Shown here in pieces: positions 10,605 to 22,804 of a stretch of DNA of 49,327 nucleotides. Source of the stretch: Phoronis australis (lineage: Eukaryota; Animalia; Phoronida). The notes under the pieces were generated by a model, which ran no database searches, was not told where the DNA came from, and saw nothing but the letters and a program-made list of their open reading frames with translations. The stretch covers positions 1 through 49,327 of the forward strand of contig NMRA01001117.1 in NCBI GenBank assembly GCA_002633005.1, written 5' to 3'. The translations under genes were made by a program, and so were the position numbers. Each line of letters begins with the position of its first letter. Position 1 is the stretch's first letter.

Positions 10605-13135
10605 TTACTCTAACCTACTCAGGTAATCGGCACCAACATTTTCTGAGCCTTTGATAGCTTCAACCTTGAATCGATAATTTTGCAAAAACAAGGCCCACCT
10701 CATGATGCGTCCATTGACTAACTTACTTTTTTGAATGTAAGCTAGGGGTTGATGGTCAGTATGAATGATAAATTCTTTACCATACAAGTACTTCGCAAAT
10801 TTTCTAATGGCAAATACAATAGCCAAACATTCCCTCTCTATGACAGAGTAATTCCGTTCCCGAGGTAACAATTTCTTACTAGCACATGCTACTGGAAACC
10901 TGCCATCATCATACTCCTGCAACAAAATACAGCCTATACCAGTATCTGACGCATCAGTCTGAACAATAAAAGGTTTACTGAAATCAGGTAATCTCAGTAT
11001 GGGTGCTCTCGTCAGCAGGTCTCGAAGAGTGTCGAATGCATGCTGCTGAGCTTCTTCCCATTGCACGGTGTTAGGCTGTTTCTTCTTTGTGAGCTCAGTA
11101 AGCGGGACGGCGATTTCAGCGAAGTTTGGGATGAACTTCCTGTAGTAGCCAGCCAACCCAAGAAAAGAACGAACTTGTTTCTTCGTTCTGGGTCGTGGTG
11201 CATCTCGGATGCGTCCCAGCTTTTCTTCATCCATTGCCAGGTGCCCTTCACCGACCACATGTCCAACGAAATCGACGGAACGAGATCCAACCGAACACTT
11301 GGTGGGTCGAATTGTTAGTCCAGCTTCTCGCACACGTTGGAAGGTGTCTCGCAAGGTGGCAAGGTGTTCAGTCCAGGTCTTATTATGGCACAGAATGTCA
11401 TCCAAATAATGTTCTGTATTATGTGCTCCTGCCAACATCTTCCTCATCATGCGGTTGAAGGTCGCTGCCGAATTTACCAGACCAAATGGCATCTTTTTGA
11501 ACTTGTAGCAACCACTTGATACTCCGAACGAGGTCTTAGGCCGCGATTTTTCGGCGACAATGACTTGCCAGTATCCTTTACTCAGATCAATCTTTGTAAA
11601 ATACTGATCTTTACTGATCCTAGCCATGAAGTCATCAGGATTGCCCATCGGCTACGAGTCGAACTTGGTGATGGCGTTCAACCGACGAAAATCGATGCAG
11701 AATCGATTTGAACCGTCCTTCTTCTTCACTAAGACCACCGGAGAGTTATAGGGAGCATCAGATGGCTCTTTGACTCCACACTTTAACATGTTGTCAACTT
11801 CCTCCTGCACAACCGACCGTGTGGCATATGGCAGGAAATACGGCTTGACTCTCACCGGCTCTTCACTGATGGTCTCAATCTTGTGCTCAACCAGATGGGT
11901 CGTACCTGGTACTTCACTAAAGATGTCAGAGTACTCTTCAAGCAGACTTATCACCTCCCTTTGTTGGCTAGTAGTGAGCTCGTCTGATATCTTGACATCT
12001 TTGTACGTTTCTTTTTGTTTTGTCGATCCCAGCTCTAGTAGATGTTCATCATCGACAACACCAACTTCATTGTCCATTTCAGGCTGCAGTACAGCTATGG
12101 CCGCAATGTCAGAATTCTGATCTGCATCATCTTTACTTGCAGCCGCACTTTGGTCACGAGATATATAGAGTTTCAAGAGGTTGGCATGGTATGTCTTGGT
12201 ATTTCCACCAACCCTTACTCGATAATCCATTTTGTTGAGTACCTCGGTCACTTCATAGGGACTCCTCCACTGCAGTAGTAGCTTGTTACTGTCGGTTGGC
12301 AACAATATTAAGACTTGATCTCCTACTTTGAAGCGACGATCTCGTGTCTTTTTGTCATAATGGTGCTTGTATGCTTCACCAGCATTTCGTAAGTTTTCCC
12401 GCACCAGTTCACATGTCTCTTCCAGACGGTGTCGCAAGTCAAGGACATACTCATAAGTATTCCGTACGTCTAATGTTTCATTGCCAGTCCACAACTCTTT
12501 AAGCACCTGCATGGGCCCTCGCACGGTCCTACCATACAACAGTTCAAATGGCGAGAAACCTTTGCTCACTTGTGGTACATCTCGGTAAGCGAACAGTACT
12601 GCTGGTAAGTACCAGTCCCAGTCAATATACCATTAATACGCTCACACAATCCATTGCATTTCGGATTGTACGGAGTGGTACACAGTTGCTTCATGGATAT
12701 CAACCGTGCAACTTCCTTCAGAACTTCTGAGGTAAACTGTGTCCCACAGTCACTAAGCACCTCTCGTGGAAAGCCAATTTTACAGAAGGTTTCAAATAGT
12801 GCTTCTGCAACCCGCTCAGCTTCTATTCTTGGTAGAGGGACTGCCTCTGGATATCGTGTGGCATAGTCTACGATGGTGAGAATGTACCGGTTGCCTCTGT
12901 CTGTGATCGGTGACACAGGACCAATCAAATCAACAGCGATACGCTGGAACGGTTCTTTCATAAGTGGCATCTCACCCAATGGCACTTTAGAGATCCTGCC
13001 CTTAGGAGTTGTTCGCTGGCAGATATCACACGATCTGCAGAAACGATTTATATCACTGCCAACTCCTGGCCAATAAAAGCTACTGGCTATTCTATCACTG
13101 GTCTTCTTCACACCTAGGTGCCCACCTACGATTGA
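10605..13135 (-). pseudogene. pol: Gypsy pol: integrase, then reverse transcriptase, then RNase H; one frameshifting deletion and one nonsense codon
   Basis: Integrase: GHLG.KKT, FYWPG..CRSCDICQ, IAVDLIGP, VDYATRYPEA, VLSDCGTQF, NGLCERIN, then DWDWYLPAVLFAYR and GFSPFELLYGR after a frameshift at ~12625. RT: PYNSPVVLVKKKDGSNRFCIDFRRLN, TAG at 11652-11654, KIDLSKGYWQ, MPFGLVNSAATF, YLDDIL. RNase H: TDASDTGIG, ERECLAIV, TDHQPL, ADYLSR. Confidence 0.93.
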
Positions 13136-13964
13136 NNNNNNNNNNNNNNNNNNNNNNNNNNNNNNNNNNNNNNNNNNNNNNNNNNNNNNNNNNNNNNNNN
13201 NNNNNNNNNNNNNNNNNNNNNNNNNNNNNNNNNNNNNNNNNNNNNNNNNNNNNNNNNNNNNNNNNNNNNNNNNNNNNNNNNNNNNNNNNNNNNNNNNNNN
13301 NNNNNNNNNNNNNNNNNNNNNNNNNNNNNNNNNNNNNNNNNNNNNNNNNNNNNNNNNNNNNNNNNNNNNNNNNNNNNNNNNNNNNNNNNNNNNNNNNNNN
13401 NNNNNNNNNNNNNNNNNNNNNNNNNNNNNNNNNNNNNNNNNNNNNNNNNNNNNNNNNNNNNNNNNNNNNNNNNNNNNNNNNNNNNNNNNNNNNNNNNNNN
13501 NNNNNNNNNNNNNNNNNNNNNNNNNNNNNNNNNNNNNNNNNNNNNNNNNNNNNNNNNNNNNNNNNNNNNNNNNNNNNNNNNNNNNNNNNNNNNNNNNNNN
13601 NNNNNNNNNNNNNNNNNNNNNNNNNNNNNNNNNNNNNNNNNNNNNNNNNNNNNNNNNNNNNNNNNNNNNNNNNNNNNNNNNNNNNNNNNNNNNNNNNNNN
13701 NNNNNNNNNNNNNNNNNNNNNNNNNNNNNNNNNNNNNNNNNNNNNNNNNNNNNNNNNNNNNNNNNNNNNNNNNNNNNNNNNNNNNNNNNNNNNNNNNNNN
13801 NNNNNNNNNNNNNNNNNNNNNNNNNNNNNNNNNNNNNNNNNNNNNNNNNNNNNNNNNNNNNNNNNNNNNNNNNNNNNNNNNNNNNNNNNNNNNNNNNNNN
13901 NNNNNNNNNNNNNNNNNNNNNNNNNNNNNNNNNNNNNNNNNNNNNNNNNNNNNNNNNNNNNNNN
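13136..13964. other. Assembly gap (829 N)
   Basis: Run of N. The ORFs called through it are artefacts. Confidence 1.
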
Positions 13965-14520
13965 CAACACTTGCAGGCAATTTCTTCTACCCGCGAATCT
14001 TCTTGCTGGTCACAGTCTCTGGCTGATGACGCAACACTTCAGGTAGTATCTTACTACCCACAATGCAAGTGACAAGCTCTTAGTTAACTTCCGGTTCGTT
14101 AACCCTTGCCCTTGCCAAAATCCTTTCTAGAATCTTCCACGAGATGGCTCTGTCGTACAACTGCTTCTGTACACTGGAGCAAGTCTTTATGCTTCAACTA
14201 CTTTACCGCATCTGATTATCTTGCTGATTTCAGCCCATAATATAACATTCTACTTATTTAGTGATTGGCTAATAAAAAGCACATGATCATATTCACTCGT
14301 ATTATTGGCTGTTACAATTTGTTCTCAGAATATTCTAGAATCTCTAGAGTGCTTTGACCCCGGAACCCAAAGTTGTAAACACCATCTAAAAATAGATTTT
14401 TACGTTAAAATACATGTCAACAAGTCTGACCCCATGATTTAAAAGTACATATGTACAAATTTTGGGCAACTTAAAATGGATCTATTCTTACTAATTACTT
14501 AATCAATATTTATTCTGACA
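13965..14520 (-). repeat. 5' LTR (partial, truncated by the gap)
   Basis: Direct repeat of 9946-10500 with about 19 differences by manual count. Confidence 0.9.
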
Positions 14521-14629
14521 TTAAGCATCGTGGTCCATTCTGTGGTGACGAAAAGTCTTATCTGACTTGGAAGACATTGGCTATGGTTTACGTGGCGAAT
14601 GCAATTATCAGTGACAATATATGTTCTGT

Positions 14630-15160
14630 CATGTGATATGAGGAGTCCAGCCCGAAGGCGACTGAAGAACAGAGATGCTTGCATTAGTATAGGGAGCCTC
14701 ACCTAAAGCCATTAGTGGTGCTTGCCATTTACGCAATCTAAGAGGACCCCACATGAAGATGAATGAATATTGGACCTTGTGTAATAGTCGGAAAACTTTA
14801 CCAGAGTTAGACAAACATTGGCGAAAACTTACATTAATGTTGGTAGTTTTAAAAGAGCGGACCCTTTATAAATACAGCACACTTCGCTCTAATTGGCGGC
14901 CTTAATGCAGGGTTTTCAATAGAGGGCGCTGCTCTGTGGCAGCCTTCAAGCGGGCTGCCTACTTTAATATTGACGGATTAGCTCTTTTGTCATGTTCGGT
15001 CAGAGTCACTTATGTTATGCACCCGGAGAGCGGGGCCAATATATTAATATAAGAGGCCTCACCGGAAGGCGGCTTAGGTGCGAGGTCGTCTATTTTATGA
15101 CAGGGCGTCTCGCCGGAAGAGGCTGCCTTTCTCAATATAAGTATCTTCCTAAATATAGGT
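14630..15160. repeat. Degenerate short-unit repeat array (motif ~ATTAATATAAGrGrnCTCrCCkGAAG)
   Basis: Units include ATTAGTATAGGGAGCCTCACCTAAAG (14683), ATTAATATAAGAGGCCTCACCGGAAGG (15043) and GACAGGGCGTCTCGCCGGAAG (15099). Related units occur at 26930-27140. Confidence 0.45.
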
Positions 15161-15335
15161 GCACCGCTTTTGGACCATGAGGCCACGTATATGAATACTG
15201 TTAGCCCCTCTTTTGAGGCCTCAAAATCATTTTCTTAACTATGTCATTTTTGTAGGAATACAGGTAGATCATTTTAAATAATAAGTAGTTGTAAGTGTTT
15301 GTTCAAAATTAACGGAATGATGGACACCTACTACG

Positions 15336-15660
15336 TGAAACGAAATTTTAATCATCTGTAAAGTGAAGATTTAAGAAAATGATATTATTATAATATTAAT
15401 AGCAGACGAGTATTTAAAAGAGGTCTTGAAAATTCATTGTAGACGGATGCTCAAAAACAACGAAAAGTGGATAACAATTAGGTGAAACGAAATTTTAAAT
15501 ATCTCTAAAGTAAAAAATGATAATAAATAAAAACGAGTCTCTAAAGGTTTTGGATAATCAGGATACGATACTGTTGATGAAGAACAACTAATCATTAGAT
15601 ACCAACTACACAAAACGAAATTTAAAAATCTGTAAAGTGAAGATTTAAGAAAATGATAGC
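15336..15660. repeat. Three degenerate tandem copies, ~140-bp period
   Basis: AAACGAAATTT...ATCTsTAAAGT...AAAATGATA recurs at ~15338, ~15485 and ~15613. Confidence 0.6.
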
Positions 15661-18173
15661 TACATTAGTCGATATTTTGTACTTCTTAATTCTTATATCG
15701 GTGCCCATTTTATGGTTAATTTGTTTGATAAAGACGCTAAAATTAACCTGTTTCGATATTTGTTGGCGGATTAGTCTAATCCCAACTGTATACATACTTT
15801 ATTTTCAAGGTCTAAGCGCTATTTGTAACGTAGGGCATTACGATAGAGATATTTTAAAATCATGTTGAAATTGAAGTACTGGTATCTGACATGTGTTAAA
15901 GTTTGCTTACAAAACACAAGAAAATAATGGAATAAACAAAACTCTCTATAATAAACAAACTCGCCACACAAGTAATTTTGGAATAAAACTTTTTGTAAAT
16001 TTCATAGGATTCGACTGTATCTCATCTACAACATAAAATATAAAACATAAAAAATAAAACAATAAAGGCACTGAGAATTCTACGTAGACGATACACAAAA
16101 TAAGACATAAAACAAAAAAAAAAAACAAGCGGATGTGAAAAAACGTTTTGAACATTGGAATGTTGACGTTTGATGTGGAGCAACGAAGCGAAATTTTAAG
16201 AAACTAATGTTACCACTAACTTGCAAACTCTTATCTTGTAATAGTAGACTCAGTAAAATATGTACTCATTTTGCAAATATCTGCAGCGTTCGAGGTTTAC
16301 ATAACCAACGCCATTAATTGACTATTTCTGGGTACCAAAGTTGAAGAGGTAACCTTTCAAACAGAATTATTAGATTGCAGACAATTGTAGCATTCACTTT
16401 CCCAATCACGTTTGAAAACACGTTACAATACGCCAGAACAGTTGTCCTTTACAGTTTTTTTCTTCCTGCTGACATGGATAACCAGTTGAATACCCCGATA
16501 CCCCTTAATGTTTTCGACAAATTAGGTCTCCTACTAGTGAGCAAGTTAGGAGACTGAGCAGTGTAAAGGAATGGTCGAAACATTGCTTGATTACGGGATT
16601 ATTTGTTGGAGTTGGAGGGGCTGAAGATATCAATGGCCTCTTCAATCGTCCATATTTTCGCAAAATGTACTAATAACAACGTGACTATGAACGTTTTATG
16701 TTTTAATCGCTGTCAGGCATAATTCGTTAAAAAGCTTACGGGGTATGAAGCTCCTAAAAGAGACACACCGTCTCTACTGAGGCCAGCAAGAGACGGTGGT
16801 CATTGTCTAATACACCGAATAATAGATATGTTATTGAGTTGTTGTGTTCATCAACTGTTTGACCATGTCCTTTCCGTGGGATCCCTTGTTGTTCGTCCGC
16901 GTGATGGTTTTCCGTTTTTCCCTCATATAAATGACCAGTAACACGTTTTTTTTTTCGCCAGGTCAAGTCTACGCATTTGCTGTTTCGTCTAACTAACACT
17001 AAAAAGTCCCTGAGGTACAGCCGGTGAACGTGCACTGCAGTTAATACATAATAGTGAAAGCCGTGTTCTCAAAACCTTGCACCATTATATCCGATTTGTT
17101 TCCAAAATAGATAGTTGAGAAATGACTGAACTCTGAATCAGCACAATCAAGACACAAGAGACCAACTGCCCAAGTGCAAGCAGCAAGTTAACCGATTTAC
17201 CCTCAGACCACTTTTAACTCGATTTTATACAGGTGCAACCGCACAGGCGTGTATGTCTGGCCCAGAGTAGATCCCTGATTCGGGGATTGATATGAGTTGA
17301 CATTTACAGCGGGTAGTTTGTAACAATTACATTGATTCAGGAATGGGATACTGTCTAAAATAGGAATTGTGAGCCACCATGTTTACGAAATCGCCATATT
17401 CCCACCAAAACTACATACATGTAAGTGAAGTACTTTTGCGCAAGATGGTATACTACACGTGACTAACATAGTACCCGCAATTGTTGGCTAACGCTGTAAA
17501 CAATGCAAACATAGAATAATCAATACTATATCTAATTCCGAGTTGCTAGTCGTCGTTGTGTTTTTGAAAGCAATTTTTCACGGACCACACCGGCGAAGTG
17601 GACACTCGACGAATTATGATGAATCTGATAAGGAGCAGGTTTCCAACAAAACTCGGAGACTCTGGAGGATTGCTTAAAGTGAACAGCTTCGGGTCCCTTG
17701 TTGGCCTTAGTTTTGTAATAATGATATAGTGTACGCCTCTCTACAAGCGGTTGTCTCCTATTAAGGCTTGGTGTGAAGTGAATATACAAGTGAAAATAAA
17801 TGTCAGGCATATGTAAAAAGATTTATAATAAACGCAAACAAATTTACCAATGCTGTATCACCAAATGTTTTGGGAGATTTTAATCTGTGTTTAGGTCTCG
17901 AGTTATACACGCTGACATGTGGTTAATTTCGATGTTTTTTATGGTGAATTACGTCAAAATCTGAAATTGATGTGCTAACTGGCGTTGCCGCGGAATGGCA
18001 GAAGACAAAGCATTCGATTCCTTTGGTTTCATAGCAACGTTGCCTAACAACTGGTCAGAGAGACAACTTAGCCTCATTTTCGCTCCGCCAATACGCACAA
18101 AGATAACTTGTGACGTTGGTCTATATTATCAACTCCTACTGATCTGTTTGTCACACACGCCACTGTTTTAAGC

Positions 18174-21100
18174 ATGGTGAACACGTTTGGTCAATGTGCT
18201 GGCGTAAGGCTTGGAATCGTCTTTGTGGCTACCCTACTATATGTTGATGGAATTGCAAAAAGAGGTGAAATTTCTTACGGATACAACGAGAGTGACACCT
18301 TTTCAAAGAATACTTTGGAGTGGGTAGTTCACACATCTGTGCTTCACAAAATATATCTTGCTGTAGTAGATGTGCAGATAAAAAACTGTTCTCTGCAGCT
18401 AATACACAATGATGTGACATCCGATATCACACACAATGACATTGGAACTGTTTGGAAAGCAACTCGGGATGTTCGAATTTTACTACAAAGATCAAGTTCA
18501 CATGTGTCTGCAAAGTTCTTTGTTTCGTATTACATTGTGAAATCAAGTTCAAGAAACTCATCGATTTGTCACAACAACGTTAAATATGGTAAACTCTCGA
18601 TAACGAAAGACCTCCAGAATGACGATTACCCGATAAAGTGCAGTTGGAAAATTACTGCTAACGTCGGATATATAATAAAACTTCAAATTAATAAGTTTTT
18701 GGTTGCATCAACTCCGCCAAATTGTTCGTCCGATTACTTCGAAATTACTGATGCAAACAAACAAGTACTGCAACGTACTTGCGGGAGAAAACTTAACTGG
18801 CATGTGATTTCTGAGGGACCTCTACTCTTCGTTACTATTGTTTTGCATGGCAAACATTGGGAATTTGAATGCTCTTACGAGCAAATACTGCAACCAATGT
18901 ACACAAGAGGCGTGGGAAGACACCTGCTGTCGCTTGAAGAACCGGGAACACGAAATATGCTGATATATCGCAATATAACGTTTTCGTTTGCTGATTTTTC
19001 TCATATCACGCCGTATTTCTATACATGGTATCTTGAGGCACCACAAGGGTTCATCGTCTATACTAATTTCACAATTTTCAATTTCAGCAACAGTCATGCA
19101 AAACTTTACTTTTTCGAAGGACCTCTAGAACTACCTTTTCTACGCACAGGAACCCAGCCTTTCAGCAACGAGTCTGTAAACATTCGCTCTCACGTGTCCC
19201 ACACCTTCCATATGTTAATTTGCTTGCAGCTAGGAACTAGTTTAAACCCGAATACAACTGTTCAAATATCTTACTATGCCAGAGAACATTACATACCTAA
19301 TGTTTGCTCTCAGTATACATCTCTGTCAAGAAAACATGTAATTGTATCTGTCACTCCTTTTGTTTTTAAAATCGGCCCATTTGATTCTATGCGCGTGATT
19401 GGGCAGTGCATGTGGACGTTTAGGGCAAGTCACTTGAATCGGTACCTCAAGATAACATTCTTAGAAGTAGACTTACTTGACCACGATAACTGTGCATTCC
19501 AAGGTTTGTTTTTGTACGATGGTGAAAACACGTCAGCACCCTTAGTGGGGCCAATGTGTGGTAAATATCCAGCGTCTGTCAACAGCATTTCCAATCGAAT
19601 ATTGTCACGTTTTGTTACGTCCACTTCAGAACTCAAAATTGGATTTTTCACCCTTTCGTCTGGCAGGAAAGAGACAAAAGTTCTTGCTCATATCGTTGAA
19701 TTTGAGTGCAGAGGCTACACAATGAGAAACGCGACACTTATGATTAACCCTAATCAACGGTCGTGTATCACAATACAAAGAAATTCTTTGATTGCACAAG
19801 ACGCTAGCTACGTTGAATACGTCATTACTACAGCCCCAGTATCAGTTAACCTGATCAAAGTACACGACATACATGTGGAAAAAGACGCCTGCAACAAACC
19901 ATGTCTCGATTATATGTCTGTTTTAAGCTCGAAACCGTTTTGCCAGTATACCGGGCCTTTTCAATACATCATGAACGGCCCAACTAAACTAAATTCCATT
20001 ATCAGAGCTTTCTCACGTTGTGGATGGCCAGTCACCAATTTTGATATGACGCTGGACATTTTACCTGCATATGACGAAATTAACTGTGAAATATATCGGC
20101 CTTATCGACTTCGAACCTCAGATGCTTTCTTGTTTTCGGCATGCGGCTTATTGCAAGGACCCAGTGATGTTGAGCAGATTGAGTGGGTATTGTCGTACTT
20201 TGAATATGGAGATCCAAACTGTTACACAAAAAAGCTCAGCACCTCTTACTATAACTTGGTGGTGTATGATTTTTGCGAGGATAAAGTAAACAAAGGGCTC
20301 CGCATTTTGGAAGGAATGTATCAGGATTCATGCGCAAATGTCCAAAGCGGATGGCACAATAATATTAACGATCTATATAGTAACGTTTGTGAAAAAGTGA
20401 GTGACAAACACTTTCCCATCAAAACACTTTTTACTGATGGAATAACTATTCGCTATAGACCGACAATCAATACACAGCTGCGAGTTGATTACCAACTTAT
20501 TCCACAAAGCACCCAAGAAAAAGACTGGCGTAAATTATGCTTCCATGAAACTGATCTTTACTTTAATGGTAAATGTTACAGTATACTGCACAGGTCTATT
20601 CAAAAGTCAGCAACTTGGTACGAAGCAAGATCCAAGTGCATCAAAACTGGGGGTGATCTTCTATCCCTAGAAACACAAGAAGAACATGACTTTTTTATGA
20701 AAATGCTGAAGACCAAGTGGAAAAGATTGGTGTATTCGTTATCACCCTATGTTGCAATCTACTTAGGAATGGTACAAGAAGACAAGCTAACCAGAAGATG
20801 GAACAATGGTAACCCAGTAACATTTTCCAAGTGGTATAAACCAGGAAACGTTGCCAGACCGTATGTATGGAGCTCTAATGAAGGTTACAGAAACGACATG
20901 TTGCAGCTGATATCCGAAAAAATAACGCAACCAACGAAAAACATAGAGACAAAGTGTACTGTAATGGTGGTACAGAGTCCTTATATTGGGGACAGCTGGT
21001 TCTCATTTCCCTGCAGCTTTGGTTTAGATTATGCAACATTGATTTGTGAGGCCAAATCAAAGCATTGTCCAGATTGTGATGAGCCGAACCAGTTACACTT

Positions 21101-21652
21101 CAACTTCACCCAGCTTTCAGTGGCCAAATTGTGTTCATCAGGCTGGATTTACAACAGTCAAAAATGTTATCGAATGATAACAAGCCAAAATACAATTGAT
21201 AAAATCTTGAGTTTTACGTCGGCATTTCGTTTATGTCATAGTCTTGGTGGCGAACTTGCTACTTTGAATATTAATCAGACGTATGCAATAATGACTATCT
21301 GGATGTTTCGGCCTGAATATGGCTCTGTTTGGCTACGAAATATTTCTTCAACTGCATGTGAAGTTATTTTTGGAAACTATTGGAATGAAAGCGCTGAAAG
21401 TGAAGAGAAACCTATATACTGGTCAAAGCGTCAAGTAAAATGTAATGCTAAAAACCTCGGTAGCGTATTTCCGTTAAACGTAATGTGCGAAAAAAGTATC
21501 GACGATGAGCAGTCAAGCAGCTGTACAAAATCTCAATGGAAGTGCGATGACGGTACCTGTATAAGCCTTTTATGCAAGTGTAATGGTGTGAACGACTGCA
21601 CAACTGGTGAGGATGAGGCTTCATGTAACATCTGTGGACGCGAACAATTCAG
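18174..21652 (+). CDS. GRL101: GRL101-like LGR GPCR, exon 1: signal peptide, CUB-like domains, 2 C-type lectin domains, first LDLa repeats
   Basis: 3.48-kb open frame with a hydrophobic N-terminus (LGIVFVATLLYVDG). CUB motifs: CSWKITA..GYIIKLQI..F...CSSDYFEI.D...TCG and CMWTFRA...LKITF...C...LFLYDG...GPMCG. CTL motifs: FNGKCY...TWYEARSKC..GGDLLSLETQEE...W..G.PV.FSKW...ICE and CSSGWIY..QKCY...C.SLGGELA. LDLa: CTKSQWKCDDGTCI...DCTTGEDE. Ends at the donor TTCAG|GTAAC (phase 2). Confidence 0.9.
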
Positions 21653-22755
21653 GTAACATAACAAAAAAATAACAAAGGGATGTTAATAAATAATAAACCT
21701 CCTGTTCGACACTTGCATCAAGTGCAAGATGCCAACATTAGCCAAACCTCAGCTCAAACACAATTGATGGTACATCGGAATTGTTTTCCTTGACTCTTGA
21801 AAAGAGATTTAAATCATAAAAAAGTCTAGTTATGAAAAAAAAATGGCCAGCGGGTGGGTTATCTTATATAAAGTTCTTCAACACACGTTAATAATGAAAA
21901 CGTGCACCTACGCACACAATACTATTGTTTTAAGCGCGACAAATCGAAATGTTATCGAGGGGCATTAATCTAATTCTAAGACGATTAACAATGCCTACAT
22001 CATAGTTTATATAACGAACTGAAAACATTCACAATATCAGCCATGCCTTAAATTAATATCAAGTGGAGAACACTGCCACAAATGTAACCTATGACATATT
22101 TGACCACAAAATAACAGACGATTGTCATGCATTCAGAAATAAACATTGGGGAATGACAAAATTAATTTCTAGTTCGGTCTCAACTATAAGTGTTAGACTG
22201 TCGCACTGGAATGCATAGGTTACTTGCTAGAGTTGGAAGTCCATGCCTAGAATTTTACACAGTAAAGTAGAAATGTGGTTCATGGAAAAGGTGTCGTTCG
22301 AACAGTCAACATGAGTCTGACATACTTGAGTGCACGTTTCTAATGAATCAAACAAAGCTGACAATTTGACCTTATTGTTATGAGGACAGACAGATTAATC
22401 AGATGTTCATCTAAAAACCGTGCGTTTAAGCGCCATAATATTCTAGTTTTTTGTTCATTAAAGAACCCCATATCTGTCCAATCGTCAACACATCATTTAC
22501 TTCATTGTTTGTCAGATGATAATGCTGAGGTCAGCTCAATAAAATATAATTTCATTCGAAACCACATATTCATGGAACCCGATGAAACGCATGGACACTC
22601 ATTTAATTAGTCTTAATGTACTTCAAATTAGAGTGTACAATGCTAAAACAGTTGTATGATATTTTATATTTGCATAACAGATTTTAGCTTGATAGTAACT
22701 TATGCCTGATTATCTATGACAGTTGCTCATTTTTTAATCCAGTATCATTATGCCA

Positions 22756-22804
<49 letters not shown>

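Larger units (their letters stand above)
9490..14520 (-). mobile_element. Ty3/Gypsy LTR retrotransposon, Gmr1-like domain order (INT-RT-RH), defective, interrupted by a scaffold gap
   Basis: Two LTR copies (9946-10500 vs 13965-14520) both end ...TTCTGACA on + (TGTCAGAA start on -). A PPT lies next to the left LTR and pol fragments lie between them. Confidence 0.92.

Noticed and set aside
13009-14046. Long ORFs of 284-345 aa in the track
   Set aside because: They consist almost entirely of X from the N gap.
18060-18135. CCAAT, TGACGT and TATA-like motifs upstream of the GPCR ATG
   Set aside because: Short motifs expected by chance in AT-rich DNA. The TSS is unknown and a 5'UTR intron is possible.
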